DNA of 64,000 nt from an uncultured Poribacteria bacterium (GTDB taxonomy: Bacteria; Poribacteria; WGA-4E; WGA-3G). The DNA is taken from positions 3,328,001 through 3,392,000 of the forward strand of contig CATQHZ020000001.1 in the NCBI GenBank assembly GCA_958296135.2, in the 5' to 3' direction. This document shows positions 48,509 to 58,684 of this stretch, one piece after another (position 1 is the first letter of the stretch; every line of letters begins with the position of its first letter). The notes beneath the pieces were generated by a model. It was not told the origin of the DNA. It did no database searches and saw only the letters and a list, made by a program, of their open reading frames with translations. A program made the position numbers and the translations under genes.

Positions 48509-51500
48509 GTGAGCACGCAACCTGAAAATGTTATCACAGCCGAATTAGTCCGCATTCTGAATCGGATGAGTCCGAGATGGAAACTGGAACAACACCAACG
48601 TCCCTTCCGCGGCAGCCAGAAAAACCCCGACATTTTTATCACCCGACCAGGGTATGAACCCGTCGCCATTGAGGCAAAATACGTCGACTCGCCGGACGAT
48701 GTAGTGGCGCAAGCACAGAAACATGTCGGCCGTGTGCTGGAAACCGAGTACGCCACGCGCACCGAAACCCTGCACACCGTCATGGCGATTCGGTACCCGG
48801 CGTGGTTCAAGGATGTCGCGGGCAGAAACATTGAGGAGAAACTCTGCCGTGCTACCGATCTTCAATATCTGCTCAAAGGCAAGAGCGGCGGCGAAACCTA
48901 CCAATTTCCGCGCAACGGATGGGCGAACGGTACCGTTGCAGATATCGCGAACGCGGTGCATGTCGGGACAGTGCCGAGCGAACGGATTGACGATGCCGCA
49001 GCGGAAATGGAACGTGCTGTCAATATCGCCGCCCAGCAGCTGGACGATGCAGTCAAAGCACGTACCGCTATCGGGGACAGACTAGAGCACATCTTGCATC
49101 AAGAACGAGGCACACAGACCGCCCGCATGGCATGCCTTATCATCACGGACGCGTTTGTCTTCCAATCGTCACTAGCGGGCAAAGACTTGAAAGAACTCGC
49201 CGGCGACAACCTGTCGGCATTGAAGGCACTCGAAAATCGGAAACCGGTCCGCTCCCTCGGCCAGCATCTCCGCCAAATGGATTTCGCAGACGTGCTGACA
49301 GACTGGGAAACCCTCCTGAAAGTCAACTACCAGCCGATCTTCGCCGATGCCATGCAGATGGTAACGGCAATCGCTACCGACGACGCGTTGGTAAATGAGC
49401 TGCTCAGCATCCTGTGCAAGGCGGCGAATGACCTGGTGAAGACGAGGCTCGCGCAGATTCATGAGTTGGCAGGTGAAGTATTCCAAAAACTCATCGTCGA
49501 CCGGAAATACGTTAAGGCAAACTATACGCTGCCCACTTCAGCAGCACTGCTCTCAACGTTGGTATGTCCCGAACTTCCCGATGGGCGGCTGCCGAAAGTT
49601 GCCGACTTCGCCTGCGGGACCGGGTCACTGCTCAACGGCGTTTACAAGCGGGTGCAGCGGCTTTATGAACAGCAAGGCGACAAGGATAGCGCGGACATCC
49701 ATAAAGAGATGCTTGAGAACAACCTCGCCGGTAGCGACATTATGCCGAACGCGACGCACATCACTTTTGCCAGTCTCGCGAGCGCGCAGCCAGAGATGCC
49801 CCTCGGCGCGACGCGGATTGTCACGGCACCCTACGGCAAGCAACCCAATGAGACATTCGCCGTAGGCGCGCTGGAACTCCTTGACGAGGAATTGCTACTG
49901 CCGATGATGGATACCGAGGCGGTCCAACTCGGCGGCGAGGAAAGTGCCACCGTTGAGATAAAGCGGATGTTCCGAAACGGCGAGATGGACATCGTCATCC
50001 AAAACCCGCCGTTTGTGAAACACAGTGCCGATGGAAACACGGAGGTGCCGAAAGTCGTCTTTCAAGGCACCGAGCGTCCATCGGCAGAAAAGAAAGAACT
50101 CCAAGCAGCCCTCCGGCGTAAAGGGACGCGAGTGGCTCACGGCGTGGCGGGACACAGTTCCTACTTCGTTGAACTCGCTGACCGGAAACTCAAGGAAGGC
50201 GGCACGATGGGTGTCATTCTCCCCGCGACAATCCTAGCCTCGGCATCGATGCAGAAAGTGCGGGATATGTGGGCGACAGAATACCACAACGTCTATGTCA
50301 TCACCATCGCCGGCGCGAAGGGACATGATAGTGCTTTTTCGGCGGCCACCAAAATAGCAGAGTGCATTGTCGTGGCGACGAAGGGTATCGGAGACAACAC
50401 CGGTGCTGCAACATTTGTCTCCTTGACCCACCGTCCGAATAGCCTGCTAGAGGCAACAGAGGTTGCGAACTGCATTCTCCGCAGCCATGGTGGTGAAGAG
50501 ACGCTCAGTATCGGCGAGGATGCCGTGGGCAAGCGTGTAGAATGCCCGGTGGTTATTGGACAGACCTGGGGTGCCTCACGCGTCAAATCCGTTTCCGTGC
50601 TACAGACAGCGGAGAAACTTGCAAATTCGGTATTGTCTCTCCCACGACTCACGACATCGCTGTCCATTCCGATGGCGCGCGTGGAAGACATCGCTGTCGT
50701 TGGATTCACTGAACCTACTATTAAAGGGAAGAACGGTGCATTCACAGTGGTGAAAGGGTATGAGAAGAGTGACGACGGTTATCCGGCGCTTTGGCAGGCA
50801 AATTGTAAACAACAGCGTGCGATGATGGTCATACCGGATTCGCAGGCGAAAATCCGCACCGGCGCGGAAGCGAAAGCCGAACGCGTCTTGGCACGCATCA
50901 GCCAAGCCCACTACTACCTGTCACCGACGTTCAGCGCAACCTCGGCTATCGCGATGTTTACCGAAGAACCGAGCATCGGTGCATGCATCATTACAAACGT
51001 AGCGTTTCAGGACTCGCGCCACGGAATCGCATGGACGCTGTGGTGCAATTCAACGTTGGGGTTAGTCTGTCATTGGATGTACAGCCAGAAGCAACAAGCA
51101 GGGCGGGGACGGTTGACAAGCACAACCTTCAAAACCTTGCCGACGTTAGATGTCCGTCAACTCTCCGATAACGCGTTATCAAACGCAGCGGCGATTTTCG
51201 AGCGGTTAAAATACGAACGGATGCTGCCGCTCAACGAATGCGCCAAAGACGAGATTCGGCATGAATTAGATGCGGAACTGCTGACGCGAGTGCTCGGTAT
51301 TGAGGACATCGGGGTGCTCGCTTCGATGCAAACGTTGCGGGAGATGCTCTGCGCAGAGCCGAGCATTCACGGTGGAAAGCAGTCCACGTGCAATCTGGAT
51401 AAGGAATTGGAGAAGTTGTCCGCGCAGGGCATCGTGCTGCCGGGGAGGACAGCGGAAGCGACGGTGCTGCAGCAGGCGGTTATGGATTTCACGTTAGCTC

Positions 51501-51517
51501 CGCCACCGAATGCGTAA
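48509..51517 (+). CDS. Type IIG-like fused restriction endonuclease/N6-adenine methyltransferase (about 1002 aa)
   Basis: GTG start with GAGG RBS; N-terminal PD...EAK nuclease motif (PDIF...AIEAK), motif I DFACGTG, motif IV NPPF and a C-terminal TRD-like region. Confidence 0.82.
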   Translation: MSTQPENVITAELVRILNRMSPRWKLEQHQRPFRGSQKNPDIFITRPGYEPVAIEAKYVDSPDDVVAQAQKHVGRVLETEYATRTETLHTVMAIRYPAWFKDVAGRNIEEKLCRATDLQYLLKGKSGGETYQFPRNGWANGTVADIANAVHVGTVPSERIDDAAAEMERAVNIAAQQLDDAVKARTAIGDRLEHILHQERGTQTARMACLIITDAFVFQSSLAGKDLKELAGDNLSALKALENRKPVRSLGQHLRQMDFADVLTDWETLLKVNYQPIFADAMQMVTAIATDDALVNELLSILCKAANDLVKTRLAQIHELAGEVFQKLIVDRKYVKANYTLPTSAALLSTLVCPELPDGRLPKVADFACGTGSLLNGVYKRVQRLYEQQGDKDSADIHKEMLENNLAGSDIMPNATHITFASLASAQPEMPLGATRIVTAPYGKQPNETFAVGALELLDEELLLPMMDTEAVQLGGEESATVEIKRMFRNGEMDIVIQNPPFVKHSADGNTEVPKVVFQGTERPSAEKKELQAALRRKGTRVAHGVAGHSSYFVELADRKLKEGGTMGVILPATILASASMQKVRDMWATEYHNVYVITIAGAKGHDSAFSAATKIAECIVVATKGIGDNTGAATFVSLTHRPNSLLEATEVANCILRSHGGEETLSIGEDAVGKRVECPVVIGQTWGASRVKSVSVLQTAEKLANSVLSLPRLTTSLSIPMARVEDIAVVGFTEPTIKGKNGAFTVVKGYEKSDDGYPALWQANCKQQRAMMVIPDSQAKIRTGAEAKAERVLARISQAHYYLSPTFSATSAIAMFTEEPSIGACIITNVAFQDSRHGIAWTLWCNSTLGLVCHWMYSQKQQAGRGRLTSTTFKTLPTLDVRQLSDNALSNAAAIFERLKYERMLPLNECAKDEIRHELDAELLTRVLGIEDIGVLASMQTLREMLCAEPSIHGGKQSTCNLDKELEKLSAQGIVLPGRTAEATVLQQAVMDFTLAPPPNA

Positions 51518-51623
51518 GGCTGCGGATAGTAAAATTGATTGCAGGAAACCGGATTTCACCGGTTTCCGCGAGGCGCAAGGGCAAGAGGTTAAGCAACTGA
51601 ATAACATAGGGAACCACCTTTCG

Positions 51624-51895
51624 GGGGCCAAGTCGGGGGCCAAGTCTTTGGTAACACCGATAGAGAGAAAGCCCTAACCTAAGCGGTACTCTACTGACTT
51701 TGGGGCCAAGTGCACCTGAAATCTGAGTACTGTTGGGGAAATACGAATTAAGGATAAAAGAGAGAGTGTAGTGAGTGTATTCTCCTTTAAATGGGGTTTT
51801 TGAGCGCACTTGGCCCCCGAAACGCAACCGACTCGACAACCACAGGGCTCCGTGTCCGGGGCCAAGTCTAAAAGCAAATGACCGGACTTGGCCCC
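51624..51895. repeat. Iteron-like cluster: six GGGGCCAAGT copies in both orientations
   Basis: Direct copies at 51624, 51636, 51702 and 51858; inverted copies at 51808 and 51886; purine/AT-rich core between copies 3 and 4. Confidence 0.85.
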
Positions 51896-52244
51896 CATCA
51901 TTTTGAAGAAAGAGGTACATTCGGGATTTTCCACTGGCTTGTTCGGTTCAACTACGGGCAAGCGGACATATTTTCGGGTGCCCAGTTTAATATGCTTTTC
52001 TTGCTGTTTGGTCATGAATTCCATATTAGCAGAGGATATCGAGCCGTTGCAGTTAGAGACGCGGGCACTTTTGTTTGGAATTGGATAGATAAACATGACA
52101 AATACATGAAGCGAATTCAATAACCGAACAGCCCTCGGGAAAACCGTCCCCGAATCTGTGTAAACCGATCCACACAATTCACGTTAAAATTAACGTTAAA
52201 AAAATGAATTCAAAAAGGAGGGCGCGTTTTGAGCGCGCTTTTTC

Positions 52245-53405
52245 ATGAGACAACACTGGATTTTTGACAAGGCGAGGGACAGGCCCTCGCGCTACGGTTA
52301 CCCTTTACTCATACTTTTCACAGTTGCACTGCTTTTTCCTGCGAGGCTCTGGGCAGGGCCGGGCCGGACCGGGGCGCAAATCCTGAATCTCGGCGGGGGC
52401 GCGCGGGCGAGAGCCCTCGGGGATGCTTTCTCCGCTGTCTCCGGCGATGTCACGACATCGCTGTGGAACCCGAGCGGCATCGCACAGATGCCGGAGAGCA
52501 AACTTCGCTCCGGCCAGAGCGCGGCGCAAGCGTCTATGTTTTACACCGACTACAGCGCGCCGTTCGGTGAGGCAGGCGAAGGTTTATACTACACCTTTCT
52601 CTCCGGCGCAATGCCCCTCGGCGATGTCGGCACCCTCGGTGCGACGCTCCAACTGCAAGGACAAGGCACGATTGCCGTGACTACCGATTCGCCCGATGTC
52701 GTCCGTGAGGAGAGCCTCGGCACGAACTGGGCATTGACGTTCTCTTACGCCGACAGGATTACCGAAAGCCTGGCAGCCGGAATTAGCGGCAAAATGATTC
52801 GGATGGTACTCGGCAGAGAAAGCGGGAGCTCTTACGCTGTCGACCTGGGGATGCAGTACCTACTGCCGCTTGATATCATGCCGATAACCGTCGGCGCAGC
52901 GATTCAGAACATCGGCCCCGGCATCTCGTTCATCGATGAGAATCAGGCGGATCCGTTGCCCCGCCTGCTCCGCCTCGGCACCTCTATTAGTCTTTTCCGC
53001 GCGAAGTACCACCACATCCGTTTCGTGAGCGGTATCACGGCGTACATTGATAAACTGGCAGAGAATGAAGATGAACTCGCCGCAGATTTAGAACGGTTGA
53101 ACGCAGAGCGCGCGGACAAACTGACCCGAGAGCAACTGCTCTCCGACCGGGGTGTCGGTATCCGCGCGTTTGAGTGGCGGCACCTTCAAAAGAACCTCGG
53201 CTTAGAATACTGGCTCGGCAACCTGTTGGCACTCCGCGTCGGTTACAAGGCGGAACCCGGCATTAACGTGCCAGATTTGGCGGACTATTTTACCTACGGC
53301 ATCGGTGTCCAGGTCTACCTTTTTAATCTGGATTTAACTTATGGCCCACGCTTCGGTCCGAGTCGCGAACGGCTCATTGAGGCAACAGGAATAGTGGTTT
53401 TTTAG
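52245..53405 (+). CDS. PorV/PorQ (UPF0164)-like outer-membrane beta-barrel
   Basis: Signal peptide, GA..L.LG.GARA.ALG.A...WNPSG, D.G..Y, DPLP..LR.G and G.EY...LR.GY; C-terminal F. Confidence 0.8.
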   Translation: MRQHWIFDKARDRPSRYGYPLLILFTVALLFPARLWAGPGRTGAQILNLGGGARARALGDAFSAVSGDVTTSLWNPSGIAQMPESKLRSGQSAAQASMFYTDYSAPFGEAGEGLYYTFLSGAMPLGDVGTLGATLQLQGQGTIAVTTDSPDVVREESLGTNWALTFSYADRITESLAAGISGKMIRMVLGRESGSSYAVDLGMQYLLPLDIMPITVGAAIQNIGPGISFIDENQADPLPRLLRLGTSISLFRAKYHHIRFVSGITAYIDKLAENEDELAADLERLNAERADKLTREQLLSDRGVGIRAFEWRHLQKNLGLEYWLGNLLALRVGYKAEPGINVPDLADYFTYGIGVQVYLFNLDLTYGPRFGPSRERLIEATGIVVF

Positions 53406-53467
53406 TACCTGAAAAGGATCGCATCCGATAAAGGAACGTTAGGTCCTTAATGTCTATAGAGGTGAAT

Positions 53468-54280
53468 ATGAAAATCCACACGCAAATTGTGGTTCTTGCG
53501 ATAGCGTTCTGTTTTTTGTCGGGTATCTGCTTCGCAGAAGCATGGCGAAAGACGGGCCCCCACTCTACGGTGAAAGAAGTCGGAGAAGCAAGGAAAGGGG
53601 AGGTAAATCCTCTCAACGGTTTCTACCTTGAGTCTGCGCTTGGAAATCGGACGTTGGAAGCTGAGGACGCGGCGACACCGCTGAAATCGCCGAACGAGGC
53701 GTTTCTGTATTCGTTCGTTTTACCGGGCGCGGGGCAATTTTATACCGGCGCGAAACGCGGGTATCTCTACGCCGCCGCGGAGGTGGGATTGCTCGCAACC
53801 TATTTTATTCTGCGCAACACTGCCGCAAATACGCGCGATGAGTATCGCGATGTCGTGAGGCAACACGTTATTTTTGACGGACCCGGGTCTTTTGATAACT
53901 GGGATCTGGTTGAGGATTTTGAGCACGCGACGCAATACGAAAATTGGAACCACGTCTACGATTCTGAAGAGACACGTGTGCGGACAGGCAAGTGGTATTG
54001 GGAAGACGCGCGCCCTTTTAAAGACGAGGAAGACATCGCCATCGATTTTGACTCGCGATACCGATTGGACGCATTCGATCTGCGGCAACGGGCGAACGAT
54101 ACGTTTGAACTCGCACGCACCTTCCTCGGTTTAGCGATTTTGAACCACGTTGTCAGCGCAATTGATGCACGCATCACGGCGAAAAATTGGAACCGAAAGC
54201 AGGCGCGCACGAACGCGGTGGAGATAGACGTGCAGGCGAGCGCAATGAAAAGCGCGGTGTTGGTGCGGAAATGGTTCTAG
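53468..54280 (+). CDS. Hypothetical exported/membrane protein (DUF5683-like)
   Basis: Signal peptide, KSP..A.LYS..LPGAGQ.Y and NH..SAIDA. Confidence 0.65.
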   Translation: MKIHTQIVVLAIAFCFLSGICFAEAWRKTGPHSTVKEVGEARKGEVNPLNGFYLESALGNRTLEAEDAATPLKSPNEAFLYSFVLPGAGQFYTGAKRGYLYAAAEVGLLATYFILRNTAANTRDEYRDVVRQHVIFDGPGSFDNWDLVEDFEHATQYENWNHVYDSEETRVRTGKWYWEDARPFKDEEDIAIDFDSRYRLDAFDLRQRANDTFELARTFLGLAILNHVVSAIDARITAKNWNRKQARTNAVEIDVQASAMKSAVLVRKWF

Positions 54281-54347
54281 TTAGGTTCGTAGGTTGAGGG
54301 CCTGTCCCTCAACAAGTTACCCATGAAAAACAAGGACGGATACAAAA

Positions 54348-55286
54348 ATGTCCATCAAGCCCTCAAAACTTTCAGACGCTTTAAATTCGGTTACGGCGAT
54401 TCCTATCATCCCTTTCAGTGGGGACAAGATCGACTACGCAGGGCACGCGAAAAACGTTGACTATTTAATGCGTAACAACTATCTTGACGAAGGGCGGCCC
54501 CGCGTCATCGCCCTCGCGGGCACAAGCCTGATTCATCACATCAGTGAAACCGAGCAGCTCCGCCTCATTGAAAAGACAGGGCGGCAGATAGGAAGTGAGG
54601 GGCTCCTCATCTCCGGCATTGTGCCAAACCCGATTTACCAAGCGGGGCAGCTTATTGAGGCGCAGGCAGAACTCCCTCGGCCGCCGGATGCGTATCTGCT
54701 GATGCCTTTAACAGGGATATCCAGTCCCGAAGGTATCTATGAGCAGTATATGAAATTCGGTGAGCGGTATGGGAATTCGTGTGGGGCGCGGTTCCTCTAC
54801 TATTTCCGGCAGCAGCGCGACATGTCCGCCGTTATCCGATTGCTGAAGGATTCGCCGCATTTTATCGGTGTGAAAATCGGCACGGGTGAAGAGGATGTAA
54901 CACCTCTCGTTGAGGGTATCGGTGATAACGGCATCGTGATGTGGGGCATCGGCGACAGATGCACGCGCCCGGCGCAGCTCGGGACGAAAGGACACACCTC
55001 CGGCATTGCAGTCGCGTTTGCGCGTGCATCGGATGAAATCAACAACGCGCAACGCCGCGGGGATTACGCGACCTCGGCGCGCATCGAGGCAGACCTCGAG
55101 CCGCTTGAGGAAATTCGTTTCATCAACGAACGCATCTACAACTATTCGGCAGTGGTGGAGGCGATGATTTTAAGCGAGTTTAGCGATATTGCGGGTGGCA
55201 CCGGCGGCCCGTTTAATCCGCGGGTGCCATCGGATATTCAGGAGCAGGTTCGCGCGGCGACGCGAATTTTGAAGAAGTATCATTAG
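54348..55286 (+). CDS. Dihydrodipicolinate synthase-like (DapA family) aldolase
   Basis: AIPIIPF...IDY, LYY and FIGVK Schiff-base lysine region. Confidence 0.75.
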   Translation: MSIKPSKLSDALNSVTAIPIIPFSGDKIDYAGHAKNVDYLMRNNYLDEGRPRVIALAGTSLIHHISETEQLRLIEKTGRQIGSEGLLISGIVPNPIYQAGQLIEAQAELPRPPDAYLLMPLTGISSPEGIYEQYMKFGERYGNSCGARFLYYFRQQRDMSAVIRLLKDSPHFIGVKIGTGEEDVTPLVEGIGDNGIVMWGIGDRCTRPAQLGTKGHTSGIAVAFARASDEINNAQRRGDYATSARIEADLEPLEEIRFINERIYNYSAVVEAMILSEFSDIAGGTGGPFNPRVPSDIQEQVRAATRILKKYH

Positions 55287-55383
55287 GAGGCGTTGACAGA
55301 TTCGGCATTTGCCTTGCACCTCGCTGAGAAATCGTGTACACTCAATGCAGCGGTTAAAACCAATGCATCGGAGGGATTTCATC

Positions 55384-55989
55384 ATGCCGTATAGCCATTT
55401 TACGCTAGATACAGTGCGGGACGCATTTCAATTAGAAAGGGTTAACGCCCGGGGTATCTTTGCTGATGTTGAACCTATGAAGCCCAGTGAACTTCTCACC
55501 GCCGTGTTGGAGCGAAGTGTGCCTTTAGCCACCGCTATCGGTACCGAGAAGGCAAAATCCGAAATGATTGTCGCCCAGGTGCTCATTGAACTCGGCGAAC
55601 TTTTAGAAAACCGCGTCAGCCTTTTTTCAGGGATTGACTTCAACGTTGATAAAGATGTCGGCTTGACAGGTGTGGCTGATTTTTTGATTAGTCTATCTCC
55701 GTGGCAATTTTCTTTGGAAGCCCCCGTCATTATCCTTGTTGAGGCGAAGGACGATGACTTGGAAATTGGCCTCGGACAATGTGTCGCAGAGATGGTGGCT
55801 GCCCAACGTTTTAACGCCACGAAAGGGAATAACATCCCCCGAGTTTATGGGGCCACCACGACAGGCGTAATGTGGCGGTTCCTCAAATTGGAGGGCCGGA
55901 CATTCCACGTTGACATGGTGCCTTATCCGCTCGTGCCGTGTGATAAAATCCTCGGCATCCTCGCGAGTATGGTGGCACAAAAGGTGTGA
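55384..55989 (+). CDS. Hypothetical protein with PD-(D/E)xK-like motif
   Basis: G.ADF...IILVEAK, GLGQC.AEM and YG..TTG..W.F. Confidence 0.65.
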   Translation: MPYSHFTLDTVRDAFQLERVNARGIFADVEPMKPSELLTAVLERSVPLATAIGTEKAKSEMIVAQVLIELGELLENRVSLFSGIDFNVDKDVGLTGVADFLISLSPWQFSLEAPVIILVEAKDDDLEIGLGQCVAEMVAAQRFNATKGNNIPRVYGATTTGVMWRFLKLEGRTFHVDMVPYPLVPCDKILGILASMVAQKV

Positions 55990-56014
55990 GACGACGAACT
56001 AGGAGGAAATTTTC

Positions 56015-57754
56015 ATGTCCTACGATAGCTTAACCTTACGTCTTGTTGCAGAAGAACTGCGCGAAACGCTTTTGGGCGGCACCTTCAGGCATATTGAACA
56101 AGCAAACCCGACAACCTTTTCGTTCAAGGTTGTTCGCGGGGTTGATACGCGCTGGCTGACAATCTCCGCGCATTCGGTGCACGCGCGCGCGCATCTCATC
56201 AACCGGCCACCGCCCGGACAGAAGCAGTCCTATCTCGCCGATTTTCTCACAACGCACCTCAGGCGTGGCATTATCACCGCAATCGAACAACTCGGCTGGG
56301 ATCGGATTCTGAAAATCACTGTCCAACCCGTATCCGATGAACCCATTCAGCCATCGCCGAAGGCGCTCATCGCGGAATTTATGGGGAAGCATAGCAACAT
56401 TATCCTCATAGATGCAATGGACGACAGAATCTTGGAGAGCCTCAAGCATATTGACGAAACGCAAAGCCGGCACCGGGAAGTCTTGCCAGGGGAAACCTAC
56501 TGTTTGCCGCCGCAACAAGAGAAGGCAAATCCATTGGCACTCGATAATGCAGGGTTTACTGCCATCGTTGAAAGTCTCCCACAGGTAACTTGGCGCGGGC
56601 TGTTTAACAACATCGATGGACTCAGTCCGACACTCGCCAAGGAGATTGTCGCGCGGGCAGAAAAGATGCCGCCCTGGGAAGCGTATCAGCAGGTCATCGC
56701 CTATCTTGACGCGGCGCGCGTTGCCCCGCAACTGCTCCTTGATGAAACCACACCGATTGCCGTCTCTCCACTGCCGCTGCACCAATGGCCCAATGCTATC
56801 TGCCAAACGTTTGACACGATGAGCGCGGCACTCTGTGCCTATTACGAAGCGATTACTTTGAAAGAGACAATGGCATCGGAGCGGCGCACGCTCACGCAAG
56901 CGTTGGATAAACAGCAAAACCAGCTGCAACGAAAAACGAAAGGGCTGCAGACAGATTTAGCCCGCGCCGAAAAATCGGAGGATTACCGCATTCAAGGCGA
57001 ACTCCTCCTCGCGAATTTGCACAACATCACCCGAGGACAAACGGAAGCAACGTTGCAAAACTACTACAGTCCGGCATTGGAGACACTCTCGATTCCGCTG
57101 AATCCGGAGCAGAGCCCCTCCGACAATGCACAGGCGTACTTCAAGAAATATACGAAAGCGAAACGCGGACGGACGCGCATCCTCCAACTCATCGCAGAAC
57201 TGGAGGCAGAAGAGAAAGTGCTGCAGCTGTACGCCGCCCAACTGGAAGCGGCGGCGACGCTAGACGCACTGCAGCAAATTCGCACGGCGTTCATCGCGAA
57301 CGGGTATCTCAAGGCGCATCAGCGGAAAAAGCAGAAACAGCCGGTAAGCGAAGGACCCTTCCGAAAATACACCTCCGCGAACGGGTTTCAGATGTATGTC
57401 GGCAGGAACAGCCAGTCAAACGATTTGCTTCTGCGCCAGATTGCGAAACCGCGTGATATGTGGCTGCACGCGAAGCAAATCCACGGCTCGCATGTCATCA
57501 TCCGAAACCCGGAAAACCGCCCGGATATTCCGATGCCGACGTTGTTGCAAGCGGCGCAACTCGCCGCCTATTACAGCAAAGCGCACCACGCGAGTTATGT
57601 CCCAGTGGACTACACATGGGCGCGGTATGTGGTGAAGCGGAAGGGGAACGTCGCGGGGTATGTCCATTATACACATGAGAAGACGTTGTATGTGGAACCG
57701 GCACTGCCATCGTCAAAAGAAGATGAGACGAAACGCAATAATAGGACCCGGTAG
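56015..57754 (+). CDS. rqcH: Ribosome quality control protein RqcH (NFACT/FbpA family)
   Basis: DRIL, EFMGKHSN, NAQ.YFKKY.KAK, VGRN..SND and WLHA...GSHV. Confidence 0.93.
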   Translation: MSYDSLTLRLVAEELRETLLGGTFRHIEQANPTTFSFKVVRGVDTRWLTISAHSVHARAHLINRPPPGQKQSYLADFLTTHLRRGIITAIEQLGWDRILKITVQPVSDEPIQPSPKALIAEFMGKHSNIILIDAMDDRILESLKHIDETQSRHREVLPGETYCLPPQQEKANPLALDNAGFTAIVESLPQVTWRGLFNNIDGLSPTLAKEIVARAEKMPPWEAYQQVIAYLDAARVAPQLLLDETTPIAVSPLPLHQWPNAICQTFDTMSAALCAYYEAITLKETMASERRTLTQALDKQQNQLQRKTKGLQTDLARAEKSEDYRIQGELLLANLHNITRGQTEATLQNYYSPALETLSIPLNPEQSPSDNAQAYFKKYTKAKRGRTRILQLIAELEAEEKVLQLYAAQLEAAATLDALQQIRTAFIANGYLKAHQRKKQKQPVSEGPFRKYTSANGFQMYVGRNSQSNDLLLRQIAKPRDMWLHAKQIHGSHVIIRNPENRPDIPMPTLLQAAQLAAYYSKAHHASYVPVDYTWARYVVKRKGNVAGYVHYTHEKTLYVEPALPSSKEDETKRNNRTR

Positions 57755-57812
57755 ACGCAAAAACGTATAATAGAGCCCGGTAGGCGCGGTTGCAAACTGC
57801 GCTAAATTTTTG

Positions 57813-57840
57813 TTGACATCATTTGTGATTGTGTTATATT
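57813..57840 (+). promoter_or_regulatory. Sigma70-type promoter
   Basis: TTGACA-16 bp-(TG-n-)TATATT. Confidence 0.6.
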
Positions 57841-58684
57841 ATTCTCCAATTAACATAGGACAGACGCTGCAAGAACCCCGTGCTGGAACCTAACGCTGGC
57901 GCGGTCCTAGTAGGAGGCATCCATGATGAAACGATTTATTACAGCATCCCTGCTCTGCGTCCTCACGCTTTTTGGGACAGGCGCGACGCAGGCCTTAGAC
58001 GAATGGGTATTCGTTGACATTGAACCCTACGCAAACACGAAACTGGTCGACCACGAATGGTGGACGCTCGCCAAGGGGGACAGCACTTTCTCCCGCCTGC
58101 CAATCGGCGAGGTAGAGGATTTTGACGGCCCCGATAAAAAGGTCCAATTCCAGATTATTGACGGGGCCATCGTCATTTTCGGCACTAACGCGGCGAAGTG
58201 GCCGAAGGCAGTCGAAGACATCGTCGTCGATGGCAAGGCGAAGTTTATCTATTTCCTCCATGCAACCGGATGGGAACAGAACGGCGTGCCGAGTTACAAA
58301 TTCGTCATGAACTATCAGGATGGCAAAAAGGAGGACGTTCCTAGCTTCCGAAAATCGAGACACATCGTGATAAAAGCGGATTTATCGTGATAAACGCCAA
58401 CATAAGTGCTATACGAAGTGTTACCGTGTTGGGCTCGGTCGAGCGTGCAGTGTTATTCGGGAGACCGAATAACACCTCTTCGGCTCAGCAGATCGTGCAG
58501 TGTTTTTTGTAATAACAAAAAACACATCTTCGGAAACCGGTTTGGAAACCTTTGCAAACCTGCCTACACGAGCTGCAGCAGCGTGTATTCACGCTCGCCT
58601 ACACGCCCGCCCGCCAATGATATCACCGCCAGCGCATTGCCCATCCTAGTGATATAGGCGAAACACGGCAGACGGGAACACCTC

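Noticed and set aside
51489-52177. ORFs 51489-51920 and 51674-52177 as real genes
   Set aside because: No recognisable domain; LGP/LAP repeats merely reflect the iterons. At most they are a degraded rep fragment.
58406-58657. 83 aa ORF as TnpA
   Set aside because: It has no serine-recombinase (YARVS) or HUH motif, and the region is dominated by hairpins.
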